A stretch of DNA of 64,000 nucleotides, taken from assembly GCA_963773815.1 (NCBI GenBank), contig CAVZCI010000003.1, positions 219,669-283,668 of the forward strand, written 5' to 3'. A model generated the notes under the pieces. The model saw only the letters and a list, made by a program, of their open reading frames with translations, did no database searches and had not been told where the DNA came from. Positions 1 to 11,432 of this stretch are shown piece by piece. Position 1 is the first letter of the stretch. Each line of letters opens with the position of its first letter. Source of the DNA: an uncultured Acidobacteriota bacterium. Lineage in GTDB: Bacteria > Acidobacteriota > Thermoanaerobaculia > UBA5066 > DATFVB01. Position numbers and translations under genes: made by a program.

Positions 1-1365
1 AAAGCGCGTCCTTCGCCGTGGCCTTGTCGATCGGGAATTCCAGGACGAGCTCGCCGTCCTTTTCTTCGATCCGGTTCGCGAGCGACGCGTAAGTCCCGAT
101 GAGCATCCGGCGGGTTTCGACGAGTTTCAGAAACCTTCGCGCGGGATCTTCGGCGGATGCAACGGGAGGAGCCGGTTCCGGCTCGGGAGCGGGGACGAGA
201 GAAACAAAGCGGGGCTCTCCCCTCGCGGGCGCGGGCGCCCCCCGCGCCCCCGCCGGTGCTCAGAGGAAGAGGACCGGCAGATCACGTCCTCGATCGCCCG
301 AAGCCGCGGCAGCTCCGCCATCTTCAGCAGCGCCATCTCCCAGACGATCCACGGGTCGGCCGCGCGGGGGAACTCCCGTTCGGTCTCGAGCTCGAGGGCG
401 ACGGCGCGAAGAAGGGTCTCGTACGGCGCGAGTCCGGCGAGCTTCGCGAGCCGATCGTCTTTCGACGGGGGATTGGCCGAAGCCATCAGCACCTCGCGGA
501 GAAACGACAGGAACTCGCGGGAGCCGTGCCGGGGGTCGAGCCCCTCTTCCCGGGCGCGGGACAGGATTCCGACGAGGGCGGCGCGGTCTCCCGCGACGAC
601 GGCTCCGAAGAGCGCTTCGAGGGTCGACCGGTCGACGAACGCGAAAATCTCCGCGCAGCGCTGTTCGTCGATCCGGCCCTCGGAGAGCGTCGCCGCCTGG
701 TCGAGGAGCGAAAGGGCGTCGCGCAGCGATCCGTCCGAGGCGCGCGCGATCGCCGAGAGGGCGCCGTCAGTCGCGGTGAGCGCTTCTTTCTCCGCGACCT
801 CGCGAAGGCGCTCCTCGATTTCCGGCTCGGTGAGCCGCCGAAACGAGAACCGCTGGCAGCGCGAGATGATCGTCGCGGGGATCTTGTGCAGCTCCGTGGA
901 GGCGAGGATGAAGATCGCGTGCGGCGGAGGCTCTTCGATCGTCTTCAACAGCGCGTTGAAGGCGGCTTTCGAGAGCATGTGGACTTCGTCGAGGATCAGG
1001 ATCCGGTACCGGTCGCGCTGCGGGGCGTAGCGCAGGATCTCGATCAGCTCGCGGGCGTCCTCGACGCTGTTGTTGGACGCGGCGTCGAGCTCGATCGTGT
1101 CGAGCGACTCGCCGCGCGCCGCGATCTCGACGCAGGAGGGGCACTTCCCGCACGGCGTGACCGTCGGGCCCTTCTCGCAGTTGAGGCTCGCCGCGAGCAG
1201 CCGCGCCGTCGTCGTCTTGCCGACCCCGCGGGGGCCCGTGAAGAGGTACGCGTGGTTGACCCTGCCCGACTCGAGCGCGTGCGAAAGCGTGCGGGAAACG
1301 GCGTCCTGTCCGACGAGCGCGTCGAAGGTCTGGGGGCGCCATTTTCGGGGAAGGGCAAGTTGCAT
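1..1365 (-). CDS. dnaX: DNA polymerase III subunit gamma/tau; C-terminal part frameshifted and running off the left edge
   Basis: RKWRPQTF, Walker A GPRGVGKTT, CxxCxxC zinc module, DEVHML, SRC. The ORF stops at 127, but a Pro/Ala linker and a tau-like tail (DPARRFLKLVETRRMLIG...) continue in another frame to position 1. Confidence 0.95.
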
Positions 1366-1383
1366 CGTCTAGCCTATAAGTCG

Positions 1384-1520
1384 AGAGCCGAGGCCGACGA
1401 TGAGTTCAGGCACCCCTGCGGCGCACGGTGGCATCTCCTGATCGCTGCTTCCTTCCGGACCTGACGAGGTTCGGAGACTTCCGTCGCACAGGACCCGAAC
1501 TCATCCTCGGCCCCGGCAGG
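1384..1520 (-). ncRNA. ffs: Signal recognition particle RNA (4.5S)
   Basis: The minus strand has the domain IV core GTCAGGTCCGGAAGGAAGCAGC (plus 1444-1465), closed by a long stem (CCGAGG..ATGAGTTC / GAACTCATCCTCGG). It lies directly upstream of dnaX. Ends are approximate. Confidence 0.93.
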
Positions 1521-1529
1521 GAGATTCTC

Positions 1530-1745
1530 TCACACTTCGCCGTTCGCTTGCCGATCGCGCCGGAGGGCCCAAAAGGCCGCGACCGCGCAGAGCACGAATC
1601 CGGCGGCGAGGTCGAATTCGCGCCCGAAACCGGGCGGCAGGTTCGGCCAGCCGGGGCCGAAGTCGATCCAGCTGAAGACCGCCGCGAACGCGATGGTCAG
1701 GAGGAGCGAGGCGAACACGACGCGGGTGACGAAAGCGTTGTTCAT
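1530..1745 (-). CDS. Small two-helix membrane protein, unknown function
   Basis: 71 aa with two hydrophobic segments; fills the gap between tRNA-Ser and ffs. Confidence 0.55.
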   Translation of the reverse strand: MNNAFVTRVVFASLLLTIAFAAVFSWIDFGPGWPNLPPGFGREFDLAAGFVLCAVAAFWALRRDRQANGEV

Positions 1746-1774
1746 TCCGCTATACTTCCGTCCCCGCCACTTGC

Positions 1775-1864
1775 GGAGAGTTGTCCGAGTGGCTTAAGGA
1801 GCACGCTTGGAAAGCGTGTGTGCGGGAAACCGTACCCAGGGTTCGAATCCCTGACTCTCCGCCA
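1775..1864 (+). tRNA. tRNA-Ser(GGA)
   Basis: GGAGAGT acceptor, anticodon arm CACGC-TTGGAAA-GCGTG, long variable arm, GTTCGAATC T-loop, encoded CCA; TATACT -10 at 1751-1756. Confidence 0.97.
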
Positions 1865-1925
1865 AATTTCGCTCCACTGCGTTCCGCTGGCGCTTCGCGC
1901 GTCGTTCGCTGCGCTCCGACAATGG

Positions 1926-1970
1926 AGCTCGACCTCTCTCCTCCCGGCGGGAGAGGGTCGGGTGAGTCGA
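1926..1970. repeat. REP-like palindrome (CCTCTCC..GGAGAGG family), partial copy
   Basis: CGACCTCTCTCC...GGAGAGGGTCG hairpin followed by GGTGAG; related to the copies at 3771, 10576, 28059 and 34329. Confidence 0.6.
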
Positions 1971-2069
1971 ACCCGGGGTTCCCGCACACCGCTTTCCGCT
2001 CTGCGGCCGAGTCGGCAACTCTCCGCGAGCGAGCAGGAGGGGCAGTATGCCGACGCCGCGGCGAGCGCA

Positions 2070-3406
2070 ACTTCACTCGCACGTCCCCCATCAACCTCTG
2101 GAGCGGGCGGATCAGCGTGAAAAGCAGTAATCCGGACGCGAGGCAAACGACCGCGACGATCCCGAAGAGCCGGTCGAGCGGCATCGAGCTGAAGAGGCTC
2201 GCCGTGAATCCCGCGATCTTGTTCCCGGCCGCGTTCGAAAGGAACCACACGCCCATCATCAGCCCGACGATGCGGACCGGCGCGAGCTTCGTCACGACCG
2301 AGAGCCCGATCGGGGAGAGGCACAGCTCTCCGATCTCCTCGATGAAGTAAGCCCCCACGAGCCACAGCGGAGAGACGCGCATCCCTGCCCCCGCCTGGGC
2401 GAAACGCGCCGCGGGCATGAGGAAGAGGAACGCGAGGCCGCCGAACAGGAGCGCGAGCGCGAATTTCGTGGGGCTCGACGGCTCGCGCTTTCCGAGGCGC
2501 AGCCACAGCCATCCCATGACGGGCGCGAGGAGAATGACGAAGAAGGCCTGCACCGAAACGTACCAGGACGACGGGAACGCGAAGCCGAAGATCGTCGTGC
2601 GGGTGTATCGGTCGCCGAAGAGGTTCAGCGTCGACCCCGCCTGTTCGTAGGCGCCCCAGAAGAGCGAAGCGAACACGAAGAGGACGAAGATGGCCGCGAT
2701 TCGCTTCCACTCGTCGGGCGAGAATCCTCCCGCGGGGGCCGCCGCCTGCTGCGCGGGCCGGGGGTTCGCGCTTCGTCGAGAGCCGCTCGATCGCGGGCGC
2801 GAGCTTCTTCTTCCCGAGGACGTACTGGACGACTCCGAAGAGCATGCCGACGCCGGCGCACGCGAACCCGGCATGCCAGTTCACTTTCTGCGCGAGGTAC
2901 CCGGCGATGATCGGGCCGAGGAAGGCGCCGAGGTTGATGCCCATGTAGAAAACGGAGAACCCCGCGTCCCGGCGGTGATCGCCCGGCTCGTAGAGCGATC
3001 CGACGAGGATCGAAACGTTCGGCTTCAGAAGGCCGGTGCCGATGACGATCAGCGCGAGCCCGGCGTAGAACGAAGGGAGCACCTTGAACGCGAGCGTGAA
3101 ATGCCCCATCGCGATGATGATCCCTCCGGCGAGGACGCTCCGGTACTGGCCGAGCAGGCGGTCCGCAATGAGGCCGCCGAAGATCGCCGCGAGCCAGACG
3201 CTTCCGGTGTACGTGCCGTAGAGGGAGCCCGCGTGCCGGTCGTCGAAGCCGAGCCCCCCGGCGGCGACCGGGGCGACCATGTAGAGGATGAGGAACGCCC
3301 GCATTCCGTAGTAGCTGAACCGTTCCCACATTTCCGTGAAGAACAGGACCGGCAGGCCCGCGGGGTGTTTCGCCTTGACGGGTGAGGACGGGTCGGTCGT
3401 TGCCAA
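2070..3406 (-). CDS. Proton-dependent oligopeptide transporter (POT/PTR family), frameshifted near 2760
   Basis: [29 protein letters not shown] and FYMGINLG motifs. The C-half ([19 protein letters not shown]) is in a second frame. AAGGAGG RBS. 3' end approximate. Confidence 0.92.
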
Positions 3407-3424
3407 GCTCCCTCCTTCAGGCGG

Positions 3425-3739
3425 TCAGGGTCTGTTCGCCGAGTTTTCTGAAGAGTATTCGAAAGAATAGATCCCGTCGTTGTGGCCGTCCTGCCAGAAG
3501 ATCTGGATCGCGTAGCTCCCGACTTTCTGCCAGCCGTGCATCAGGAACGCGCCGAGGCCGTAGGGCCGGTCGGGGCCCTTGTAGACGTTGCCGAAAAGGT
3601 CCTGTTCCCCGCGACACATCGCGCAGGGGCAGTTGCGGCGGAGCGTTTCGAGCGAGAGATAGTCTTCGCGGCCGTCGGTCCAGGCGACGGCGAGCTCCTT
3701 GCCGATCTGTTGAATGGACGCTGGCGCCGCGGATCCCAC
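3425..3739 (-). CDS. DUF971 / gamma-butyrobetaine hydroxylase N-terminal-like protein
   Basis: LRRNCPCAMC and VGSYAIQIFWQDGHNDGIYSF motifs. Confidence 0.88.
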   Translation of the reverse strand: MGSAAPASIQQIGKELAVAWTDGREDYLSLETLRRNCPCAMCRGEQDLFGNVYKGPDRPYGLGAFLMHGWQKVGSYAIQIFWQDGHNDGIYSFEYSSENSANRP

Positions 3740-3770
3740 CGCCGAATTCTATCCCGGGCGGGCTTCAGCC

Positions 3771-3834
3771 GACCTCTCCTCGGCCTCTCGGCCACCCCTC
3801 TCCGTATTTACGGAGAGGGGCCGGGGGTGAGGTC
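3771..3834. repeat. REP-like palindrome
   Basis: CCCCTCTCCGTA-TT-TACGGAGAGGGG hairpin plus GGGGGTGAGGTC tail. Confidence 0.7.
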
Positions 3835-3882
3835 AGTCGCGCGATGCGCGACCGGCGACCCGTGCGGCTTTTCAGCCGCCTG

Positions 3883-4860
3883 CTAGGACTTTTCTTTCAT
3901 CTCTTTGAGCGCCGCGGCGTCGCCCGCCGCAAGGTCCTTGTCGAAAATCTTCACGTAGGCGGACTTGCGGAGATCGGCGAGATACTCCGCGAATTTTTTG
4001 TCGTAGATCTCTTCCGACATTTTCTTGCGGATTTCCTCTTTGACTTCGTCGAACGGGCGGAAGCCGGCCGGCTGCCGGCTTGTGACCGCGAACAGCGCGT
4101 AGCCGCCGCGGACCGGCACCGGCGACGAGAGGTCTCCGCCGAAGATCGCCGAGTCGACCTCCTGGGTGAGGTCGCCTTTCGCGACGATGCCGAGGTCTCC
4201 GCCCCGGTCCCGGGCGGGGCCTTCCGAAATCTCTCTCGCGACGTCCGCGAACGCCGCCCCGGCCTGGATCCGTTTCTGCGCCTCTTCGATCTTCGCCCGG
4301 GCGGCCTCCTGCGAGGCGGGGTCGTTCGGCGCGAACCGGACGAGGATCTCGGAGACTTTCGCTTTCTCGGGCACGGCGTAGAGCTTGTCCTTGGTTCGTT
4401 CGTATTCGGTTCGGAGGGCGTCGTCGTTGAGGTTGATCGGGACTTCGCGCGCGAGCAGCTTGTTCGTCAGGAGGGATTCCCGCAGCTGCGTCCGGAGGAG
4501 GTCCTTCGTCAGCCCCTGCGCGGCGAGCGCGCGGTCGAACTCCTCGTCGCTCTTCATCCCGTACTGGTTCTTGACGCGCTCGACGGCTTCCGCGATCTCG
4601 TCTTCCGACATGGTCAGACTCAGGGCCGCGGCCTTGTCGTCGACGAGCTTCTGGCGAATCATCTGCTCGAGCACGATGAGCCGGAGACGGTTCGCGTCCT
4701 GCGGAGCTGCCGGATCCAGCCGGGCCCGCTCGACATGGCGGTCGAGGTCTCCCTGCGAAATCATCGAATCGCCGACCCGCGCCACGACGCGGTCGACGAG
4801 CTCCGCCGCGCCGAGCGTCAGCGGGAGGCCGAGGGCGAGAAGACAGGCGAGTTTTTTCAT
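3883..4860 (-). CDS. surA: SurA-like periplasmic peptidyl-prolyl isomerase/chaperone
   Basis: Signal peptide MKKLACLLALGLPLTLGA, VDRVVARVG SurA N-domain, rotamase motif FADVAREISEGPARDRGGDLG. Confidence 0.82.
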   Translation of the reverse strand: MKKLACLLALGLPLTLGAAELVDRVVARVGDSMISQGDLDRHVERARLDPAAPQDANRLRLIVLEQMIRQKLVDDKAAALSLTMSEDEIAEAVERVKNQYGMKSDEEFDRALAAQGLTKDLLRTQLRESLLTNKLLAREVPINLNDDALRTEYERTKDKLYAVPEKAKVSEILVRFAPNDPASQEAARAKIEEAQKRIQAGAAFADVAREISEGPARDRGGDLGIVAKGDLTQEVDSAIFGGDLSSPVPVRGGYALFAVTSRQPAGFRPFDEVKEEIRKKMSEEIYDKKFAEYLADLRKSAYVKIFDKDLAAGDAAALKEMKEKS

Positions 4861-5706
4861 GATTCCTTTCCTGGCGGGAGAAACTCTCCCGTGTAGACGA
4901 ACGGCAACCGGTCCGGAAAGACGCGAACGCCCTGCTCGCGCCGCGCGTTCGTCGACGAGCGATTGAAGATAACGGTCGGCTTTCTCCCGAAGCAGGCGCC
5001 GGCGGATCTCCGGCCCGGCCTGTTCGATCGTGAGCTCCCGGGCCCCCGCCCGGTCTTCCGCCTTGAAGATCAGGTACCCCTCTTCCGCCGCGATCACCGG
5101 CGACATCTCTCCCGCTCGCAAACGAAAAATCGCTTCTTCGAATTCCGAAGGAAGGTCTCCGCGTTCGACCCAGCCCATCTGCCCGCCCGATGCGGCGTCG
5201 GGAGAGCGGGAGATCGCCTGCGCGACTTTCGCGAAATCCTCGCCTTTCGAGATCCGCAGGCGCGCCGAGTCGGCTTCGTCCCGCTGTTTCGTGAAGATCC
5301 TCTCGACTCTCACCTGTTCGGGCTTCCGATATCTCTCGCGGTGCAGATCATATTCCCTCTGAACGTCCTCCGCCGTCGGGAGGACGGCCGATCCGGCGCG
5401 GGAGAGCAGCAGGGAGGGGGCGTTGAGGCGGTCGACGACATCGTCGCTCCCCGAGAGCTTCGCGGCGGCACGCCAGATCTCTTCCCGCAGGAACTGATCG
5501 AACAGTCCCGAGACGACTTTCGGGGAGGATTCGGCGATCGGCCTTCCGGAGTTCGCCTCGAAGTACGCGCGAAAGGCTCGAAGGGAAACCGGCCTTCCCG
5601 CGACGAGCGCGGCGGTGTCGACGGAAATCGCGGGCGCGCGCCTCGCGCAGGCGGAAAAGGCCGCGCACGCGAGCAGGACGAGTCCGGCCGCGGCTGTCCG
5701 TCTCAC
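4857..5706 (-). CDS. PpiC/parvulin-type peptidyl-prolyl isomerase, probable lipoprotein; frameshift near 4950
   Basis: GTG start overlaps the mfd stop; lipobox-like FSAC; FAKVAQAISRSPDAASGGQMGWV rotamase motif; the stop overlaps the surA ATG in another frame. Confidence 0.8.
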
Positions 5707-8700
5707 GCGGCCTCCGGCAGCAGGAGGAGGTCGAGAAGGTCGATGACGGCCGGGATCGGCGTCTCCCCGGGGAGCGTCACGATGCCGGGCGGCGTCAGAG
5801 CGGCCCCCGAGACCCGCCCGATCGCGCGCACGAGGCGCGCGGGATCGACGCGGGCGCTCTCCTCGAACACGATCCGGTACGAGCTTCCGCGCTTCTCCAG
5901 CGAACGGATCTCGAGCTGCTCGGCGCGGCGGCGCAGCCGGCCGTATTGGAGGAGCCGGGCGACGGACTCCGGAGGGGCTCCGAACCGGTCCTCGGTCTCT
6001 CTCGCGATCTCGAAGATCTCGGAGTCGTCCCGGGCGCGGGCGATCCGCTTGTAGAGAGCGAGGCGCAGGCTTTCCTCGGGCAGGTAAGAAGGCGGGATCG
6101 AAAGCTCGTGGCCGAGCGAGATCGTGACGGTGCGTTCCTCCCGCACCTCTTCCCCGCGGAGCTCGCGCATCGCCTCGTCCAGGAGATCGAGGTACATTTC
6201 GAGCCCCACGGCGTTGATGTGGCCGGACTGCTCGGCGCCGAGAAAGTTGCCGGCTCCCCGGATCTCGAGATCCTTCGCGGCGATCCGGAACCCGGCCCCG
6301 AGGTCGCAGAATTCGCGGATCGTCGCGAGGCGGGCCCGCGCGGTTTCCGTCAGCGCCGCGTCCGGCTCCACGACGAGGTAGCAGTACGCGGCCTTGTCGC
6401 TTCGTCCCACGCGGCCCCGGAGCTGGTAGAGCTGCGAGAGGCCGAACGTGTCGGCCCGGTCGATGAGGATCGTGTTGACCGAAGGGATGTCGATCCCGTT
6501 TTCGAGGATCGTCGTCGCGAGGAGGATGTCCGATTTTCGCGAGACGAAATCCAGCATCGTCTTCTCGAGCTGTCCCTCTCCCATCTGTCCGTGCCCGACC
6601 GCGATACGCGCTTCCGGAAGCACGCTCCTCGAGAAACCTCTTCTCGGCGGCGATCGAGTCGACGCGATTGTGGATGTAGAAGACCTGGCCGCCCCGCGCG
6701 AGCTCGAACGCGATCGATTCCCGGACCACGTCGGCGCTCTTCGGAATGATCTGGGTCTCGATCGCGAGCCGGTCGCGCGGCGGCGTCTCGATGATCGACA
6801 GGTCGCGCAGCCCCGACAGGGAGAGGTTGAGGGATCGCGGGATCGGCGTCGCCGACATCGACAGCACGTCGATCGAGGCCTTCCACTCCTTGATCTTTTC
6901 CTTCTGCGCGACGCCGAAACGCTGTTCCTCGTCGATCACGAGCAGGCCGAGGTCGCGGAACCGGATGTCCTTCGAGAGGAGCCGGTGCGTCGCGATGAGG
7001 ATGTCGACCGTGCCTTCCGCGAGCTTTTCGGCGACCTTCTTCTGCTCCGAGCGGTCCCGGAAGCGGGAGAGCAGCTCGATCGTGACCGGAAACGACGAGA
7101 ACCGCCGCGTGAATGTTCGGAAGTGCTGGTCCGCGAGAATCGTCGTCGGGGCGAGCACGGCGACCTGCTTGCCGTCCAGAACGGCCTTGAACGCGGCGCG
7201 CATCGCGACCTCCGTCTTTCCGTAGCCGACGTCGCCGCAGAGGAGCCGGTCCATGGGAACGGGCCTCTCCATGTCGCGCTTCACGTCCGTGATCGCCTGG
7301 GCCTGGTCGGGGGTTTCGACATATTCGAACGCGTCTTCGAACTCCTTCTGCCACGGGGAGTCCTTCGAGAACGCGAAGCCCTGCGCCTGCGCTCGCCGCG
7401 CGTACACGCGCAGGAGGTCCTGCGACAGGTCGCGAACGGCCTTGCGAACGGCCGACTTCTTTCGCGACCAGGAAGCGCCTCCGAGACGGTCGAGCTTCGG
7501 CTCCGCGCCCTCCGCGCCGGAATATTTCTGGATCCGGTCGAGCTTCTCCACGGGGAGCAGCAGAGTCTTCTCCTCGCCGTAGGAAATCTCGACGAATTCG
7601 CGTTCTTCCGCGCCGACGGGAAGCCGTTTCAATCCGAGGAATTTCCCGACGCCATAATCGAGGTGCACGACGAAATCCCCGGGCTTCAGGTCGCGCAGGT
7701 CCGACAGGAACGCGTCGGCTGCCCGCTTCCGGGTCGGCGAGGCCGTTCGGTCCGCGCCGAAGATCTGCTCCTCCGAGACGAGGGAAAAACCGCTGCGCCG
7801 AAGGCGGAAGCCGGCCGAAATCTCGCCGGTGAAGATTTCGAGGGAGTCGAGCCCGTATTCCCGCGCGAGGCGCTGAAGCTTTTCGGCTCCGCCCCGGGGA
7901 TGGACGGCGATGCCGACCCGGGAGCCCGAGTCGAGCGCGATTCGGATCTGCGCGACGGCGTCGGGCAGCCTCCCTTCGAACGAGGGGAGCTCTTCTCCCG
8001 AGAGCTTCACCGGGATTCCCGGCGAGAGGCCGAGGCGGTCGAACAGAAGACCGGCGCGGGCGGCGATCGCCGATTCGACGTCCGAAGCCGCGTGGAGGAT
8101 CTCCTCGGGCGGGATCGCGGCGACGTCCGGGTCGTAGTCCTCGCGGATCCGTGCCTCCCACTCTTCGAGCGCGGCCGCGACGGACGCCGGCTCCAGCACC
8201 GCGACCATGGCATCCGGCGCGTGATCGAAAATCGTCGAAGCGCTCCCCGCGACCGCCGCCGAGAAGAGGGTCCGCTCCGCCGCGCTCGGGGGATGGCCGA
8301 GGCGCCGCTCGAGCCGGACGTCGGCGTCCCGCGACTCGGAGACCGCCGAGAGGGGCGCGATGACGACTCGTTCGAGCCTCGCCTCGGAGCGCTGCGTGTC
8401 GGGATCGAACGTGCGGAGGGATGCGACCTCGTCGCCGTCGAGCTCGATTCGGAAGGGCCGAGGGGAGTCGGCCGGGAAGACGTCCACGAGGCCGCCCCGC
8501 GCCGCGAAATCCCCCATCTCGAGGACGAGATCGGACCTCGTGTATCCCTCGCGGACGAGAAACGCGAGGAGCTCTTCCCGCGAGAGAGGGGTCCCCGCCG
8601 TGATCGAGAGCTGCCGGGAGGAAAATGACTCCCGGGTGGGAAGGCGCGAGCCGAGGAATCGGGCGGGAACGGCCGCGAGACGGCACGTTCCGTTCGCGAG

Positions 8701-8988
8701 GCCGGACAGGAGCGAGAACTCCGATTTCCGGTATTTCAGCGACGGGAGAACCTTCTGGTACGGCGTCAGGGAGGGCTCCGGCGCGACGCAGGTTCCCGAA
8801 AGGCCGAACGACGCGGCATCGGCGGCGACGGCCGCCGCGGAGCTCTCGTCGGGAGTCACGAGGAGGATCGTCTTGCCCTGGATCCGGGAGAGCTCGGCGA
8901 GGACGAGCCCCGGGAGAGCGCCGACGGCGCCCGAGAGGACGTACGGGCCGTTGTTTTGACCTACCACCGGTCGGTCATTTGGGCGCAC
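5703..8988 (-). CDS. mfd: Transcription-repair coupling factor; frameshift near 6625
   Basis: UvrB-like N-region, RID (DFVVHLDYGVG), GDVGYGKT, DEEQRFG, ATPIPRSL, QLRGRVGRS, DLEIRGAGNFLG and a TRCF C-domain. The true start may lie near 9085 across a C-homopolymer. Confidence 0.95.
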
Positions 8989-9142
8989 TTCCGCGCTCGC
9001 GAGCTGTTTTGCGAGCTCCGCGATTTCGGGGATTTCCCCGGCGAGGCGGGACAGGCTATCGGGCGATCTTCCCCCAGGTCTCCATGCGGAGATCCAACGG
9101 TTTCCGCAGGCGAATCATTTCACAGAACCGGCGTTTGCGGCC

Positions 9143-10303
9143 TTACCCCGCGGCTTCCTTCGTGATCGCCCGGCCGATGACGAGGCGCTGGATCTGGTTC
9201 GTGCCCTCGTAGATCTGCGTGATCTTCGCGTCGCGCATGAACTTCTCGATCGGGTAGTCCCTGCAGTAGCCGTAGCCGCCGAAGAGCTGCACGGCGTTGG
9301 TCGTCACTTCCATCGCGACGTCGGTGGCGAACACCTTGCACATCGCGGAGTACTTCGTGAAGTTCTTGACCCCGGCGTCGATCGCCGAGGCGGCGGCGTA
9401 GATGAGCTGCCGCGCCGCCTCGATGCGCGTCGCCATGTCGGCGAGCATCCACTGGACGCCCTGGAACGAAGCGACGGACTGGCCGAACTGCTGCCGGTCG
9501 CGCGTGTACCGGATCGCGAGGTCGAGCGCTCCCTGGGCGAGACCGAGCGCCTGCGCCGCGACGCCGGGCCGCGCCCGATCGAGCGTCATCATCGCGTTGC
9601 CGAATCCGCTGCCTTCCTTGCCGCCGAGGACCTGTTCCGCCGGAATCGAGCAGTTCTCGAAGTGCAGCTCGTGCACCGGAACGCACCGGATGCCCATGAG
9701 GTCTTCTTTCTTCCCGATGCGGAAGCCGGCGTGCCCCTTTTCGACGAGGAATGCCGTGATTCCGCGCGAGCCGCGCTCGGGGTTCGTCGACGCGTACACG
9801 GTGTAGAGCGACGCGGCGTCTCCGTTCGTGTTCCATTTCTTGTCGCCGTTGACGAGGAACGACCCGTCCGCCTGCTTCTCCGCCCGGCAGGAAAGGGAGC
9901 CGGCGTCGGAGCCGGATTTCTTCTCCGAGAGCCCGAACGCGATCAGTTTCTCGCCCGACGCGATCTTCGGGAGCCAGTGCTGCTTCTGTTCTTCGGTTCC
10001 GCCGAGGATGATCGGAAACGAGCCGAGCGAGTTGACGGCGTAGAGCACGCCGAATCCGCCGCACACCTTCGAGAGCTCCTCGACGACGAGGCACAGGTTC
10101 AGGACCCCGCCGCCGGCGCCGCCGTATTCCTTCGGGATCCAGACCTTGAAGAGATCGAACTTCTTGAGCCCCTCGACGGCCGACCAGGGATATTCGGCCG
10201 TGCGGTCCCATTCGGCCGCGTGGGGCGCGACGTACTTCTCCGCGCACTCTTTCGCGCGGGCGATCCAGTCCTGGTTTTCGGCGGACAGCATTTCGCGAAT
10301 CAT
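9143..10303 (-). CDS. Acyl-CoA dehydrogenase
   Basis: FGLSEKKSGSDA, NGDKKW, KEDLMGIR, QLFGGYGY and ITQIYEGTNQIQR motifs. Confidence 0.95.
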   Translation of the reverse strand: MIREMLSAENQDWIARAKECAEKYVAPHAAEWDRTAEYPWSAVEGLKKFDLFKVWIPKEYGGAGGGVLNLCLVVEELSKVCGGFGVLYAVNSLGSFPIILGGTEEQKQHWLPKIASGEKLIAFGLSEKKSGSDAGSLSCRAEKQADGSFLVNGDKKWNTNGDAASLYTVYASTNPERGSRGITAFLVEKGHAGFRIGKKEDLMGIRCVPVHELHFENCSIPAEQVLGGKEGSGFGNAMMTLDRARPGVAAQALGLAQGALDLAIRYTRDRQQFGQSVASFQGVQWMLADMATRIEAARQLIYAAASAIDAGVKNFTKYSAMCKVFATDVAMEVTTNAVQLFGGYGYCRDYPIEKFMRDAKITQIYEGTNQIQRLVIGRAITKEAAG

Positions 10304-10383
10304 GATTTCTCCTCGATTGAGCCGCGGTAGGATACCCGAAAATCCGGTTCCGCGCCGGGAGCCGGGGAGGCAGGAGGACCGCG

Positions 10384-10572
10384 ATGACGGCTCTCGTTTT
10401 CGGTCAGACGACCGGGTGCATCGGGTTGTTCGTCCTGATCGTCGACATCCTCTGCATCGTTCAGATCGTGGAGAGCGCGAAGTCGACGTTGAAGAAGACC
10501 CTGTGGATCGCCTTCGTCGTCTTCTGTCCGGTCCTCGGGGCGCTCGTGTGGCTGCTGTTGGGGAAGAAGTGA
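10384..10572 (+). CDS. Small PLDc_N-type membrane protein
   Basis: Two TM helices with the W..FVVFCPVLGALVWLLLG pattern; AGGAGG RBS. Confidence 0.75.
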   Translation: MTALVFGQTTGCIGLFVLIVDILCIVQIVESAKSTLKKTLWIAFVVFCPVLGALVWLLLGKK

Positions 10573-10575
10573 CGG

Positions 10576-10663
10576 ACCTCACCCCCGTCGCACGCCACCC
10601 CCTCCCGCGCTCACCTTTCGATCCAACGGCTGCCACATGGAGAGGGGGCCGGGCGGGTGAGGT
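10576..10663. repeat. REP-like palindrome
   Basis: ACCTCACCCCC ... GGAGAGGGGGCCGGGCGGGTGAGG; lies between convergent genes. Confidence 0.7.
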
Positions 10664-10664
10664 T

Positions 10665-11432
10665 TCAGAACGAGTGGCTGAGGCCGAGCAGCCCGCGGTA
10701 GCGGATGCGCGTGCGTTCGCCCGCGACTTCCGAAAGCAGGCCGGCGTAGAAGACCGTCTGCATTCCGATCCTGCGCTTCACGCCGAGCTCGACTCCCACC
10801 GTGGGCTGGCCGCCGGTCTCGACGCTCTGGCGGACGTACGCGTCCATCATTCCGAGCGTGTCGGTGTTCCAGCCGCCGCCCGGCGCCGCGTCGAAACCGA
10901 TCGCCGCGTAGAGGCGGTTGCGGCGTTCTTCCGGCCGCGTGCTGCCGATGTACATCGAGCCGAAGTTTCCGTGGATCCGAAAGCTGTCGAACGATTTCGA
11001 GACGAGAAGCTCGGGGACGAAATTCGTTCCGTGGGAGGCGAAGCCCGTCGCGAGCAGGGCGTCGAACCTCACGCCGATTCCCGGGCGGCCTCCGGTTTCG
11101 GAGGCGATTTGCGCGAGGACGTGCAGGTCGAGATCTCCCGAGCCGATTCCGCGGCGGGCGTTGAGCCGCGGGTTCGTCAGGAGGCGCGTTTCGCCCCCGA
11201 TTTCGAAGTTCGGCGCGAAACCGTAGACGAGCGCGAGGGCGGGGCCCGCGTAGTCGACGTGATCGAGGCGAACGGCATAGGCGTAATCGAACGAGCCGGA
11301 GTACGTTCCCGCGGAAATCGGGACCGAGTCCTCGATCGTGATCGGCCGCCCCGCCTCGAGGTTCGAGACCTCCTGCGCCCGCGCGCCCGCGGCGGACAGC
11401 AGGGCGAGCAGAAGGAAGAGCGCCTTGCTCAT
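10665..11432 (-). CDS. Putative outer-membrane beta-barrel (transporter/porin-like)
   Basis: Signal peptide MSKALFLLLALLSAAGARA, amphipathic strands, C-terminal aromatic residue (GLSHSF). Confidence 0.65.
   Translation of the reverse strand: MSKALFLLLALLSAAGARAQEVSNLEAGRPITIEDSVPISAGTYSGSFDYAYAVRLDHVDYAGPALALVYGFAPNFEIGGETRLLTNPRLNARRGIGSGDLDLHVLAQIASETGGRPGIGVRFDALLATGFASHGTNFVPELLVSKSFDSFRIHGNFGSMYIGSTRPEERRNRLYAAIGFDAAPGGGWNTDTLGMMDAYVRQSVETGGQPTVGVELGVKRRIGMQTVFYAGLLSEVAGERTRIRYRGLLGLSHSF

Noticed and set aside
127-300. Programmed dnaX frameshift giving gamma and tau
   Set aside because: No A-AAA-AAG or long A/T run is present. Restoring the frame seems to need two shifts in GC runs, consistent with sequencing error.
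3864-3886. IS-end-like TTTTCAGCCGCCTGCTAG
   Set aside because: Only one end is present and there is no transposase; it is explained as a GAAA-capped hairpin after the surA stop.
3883-8988. 1701-aa Mfd-PPIase-SurA fusion ORF
   Set aside because: Produced by frameshifts near 6625 and 4950; each gene has its own start and stop with GTGA/ATGA overlaps.
8990-9140. Riboswitch or ncRNA upstream of mfd
   Set aside because: The sequence reads as a plausible Mfd N-terminal extension across a C-homopolymer indel, with no RNA motif.
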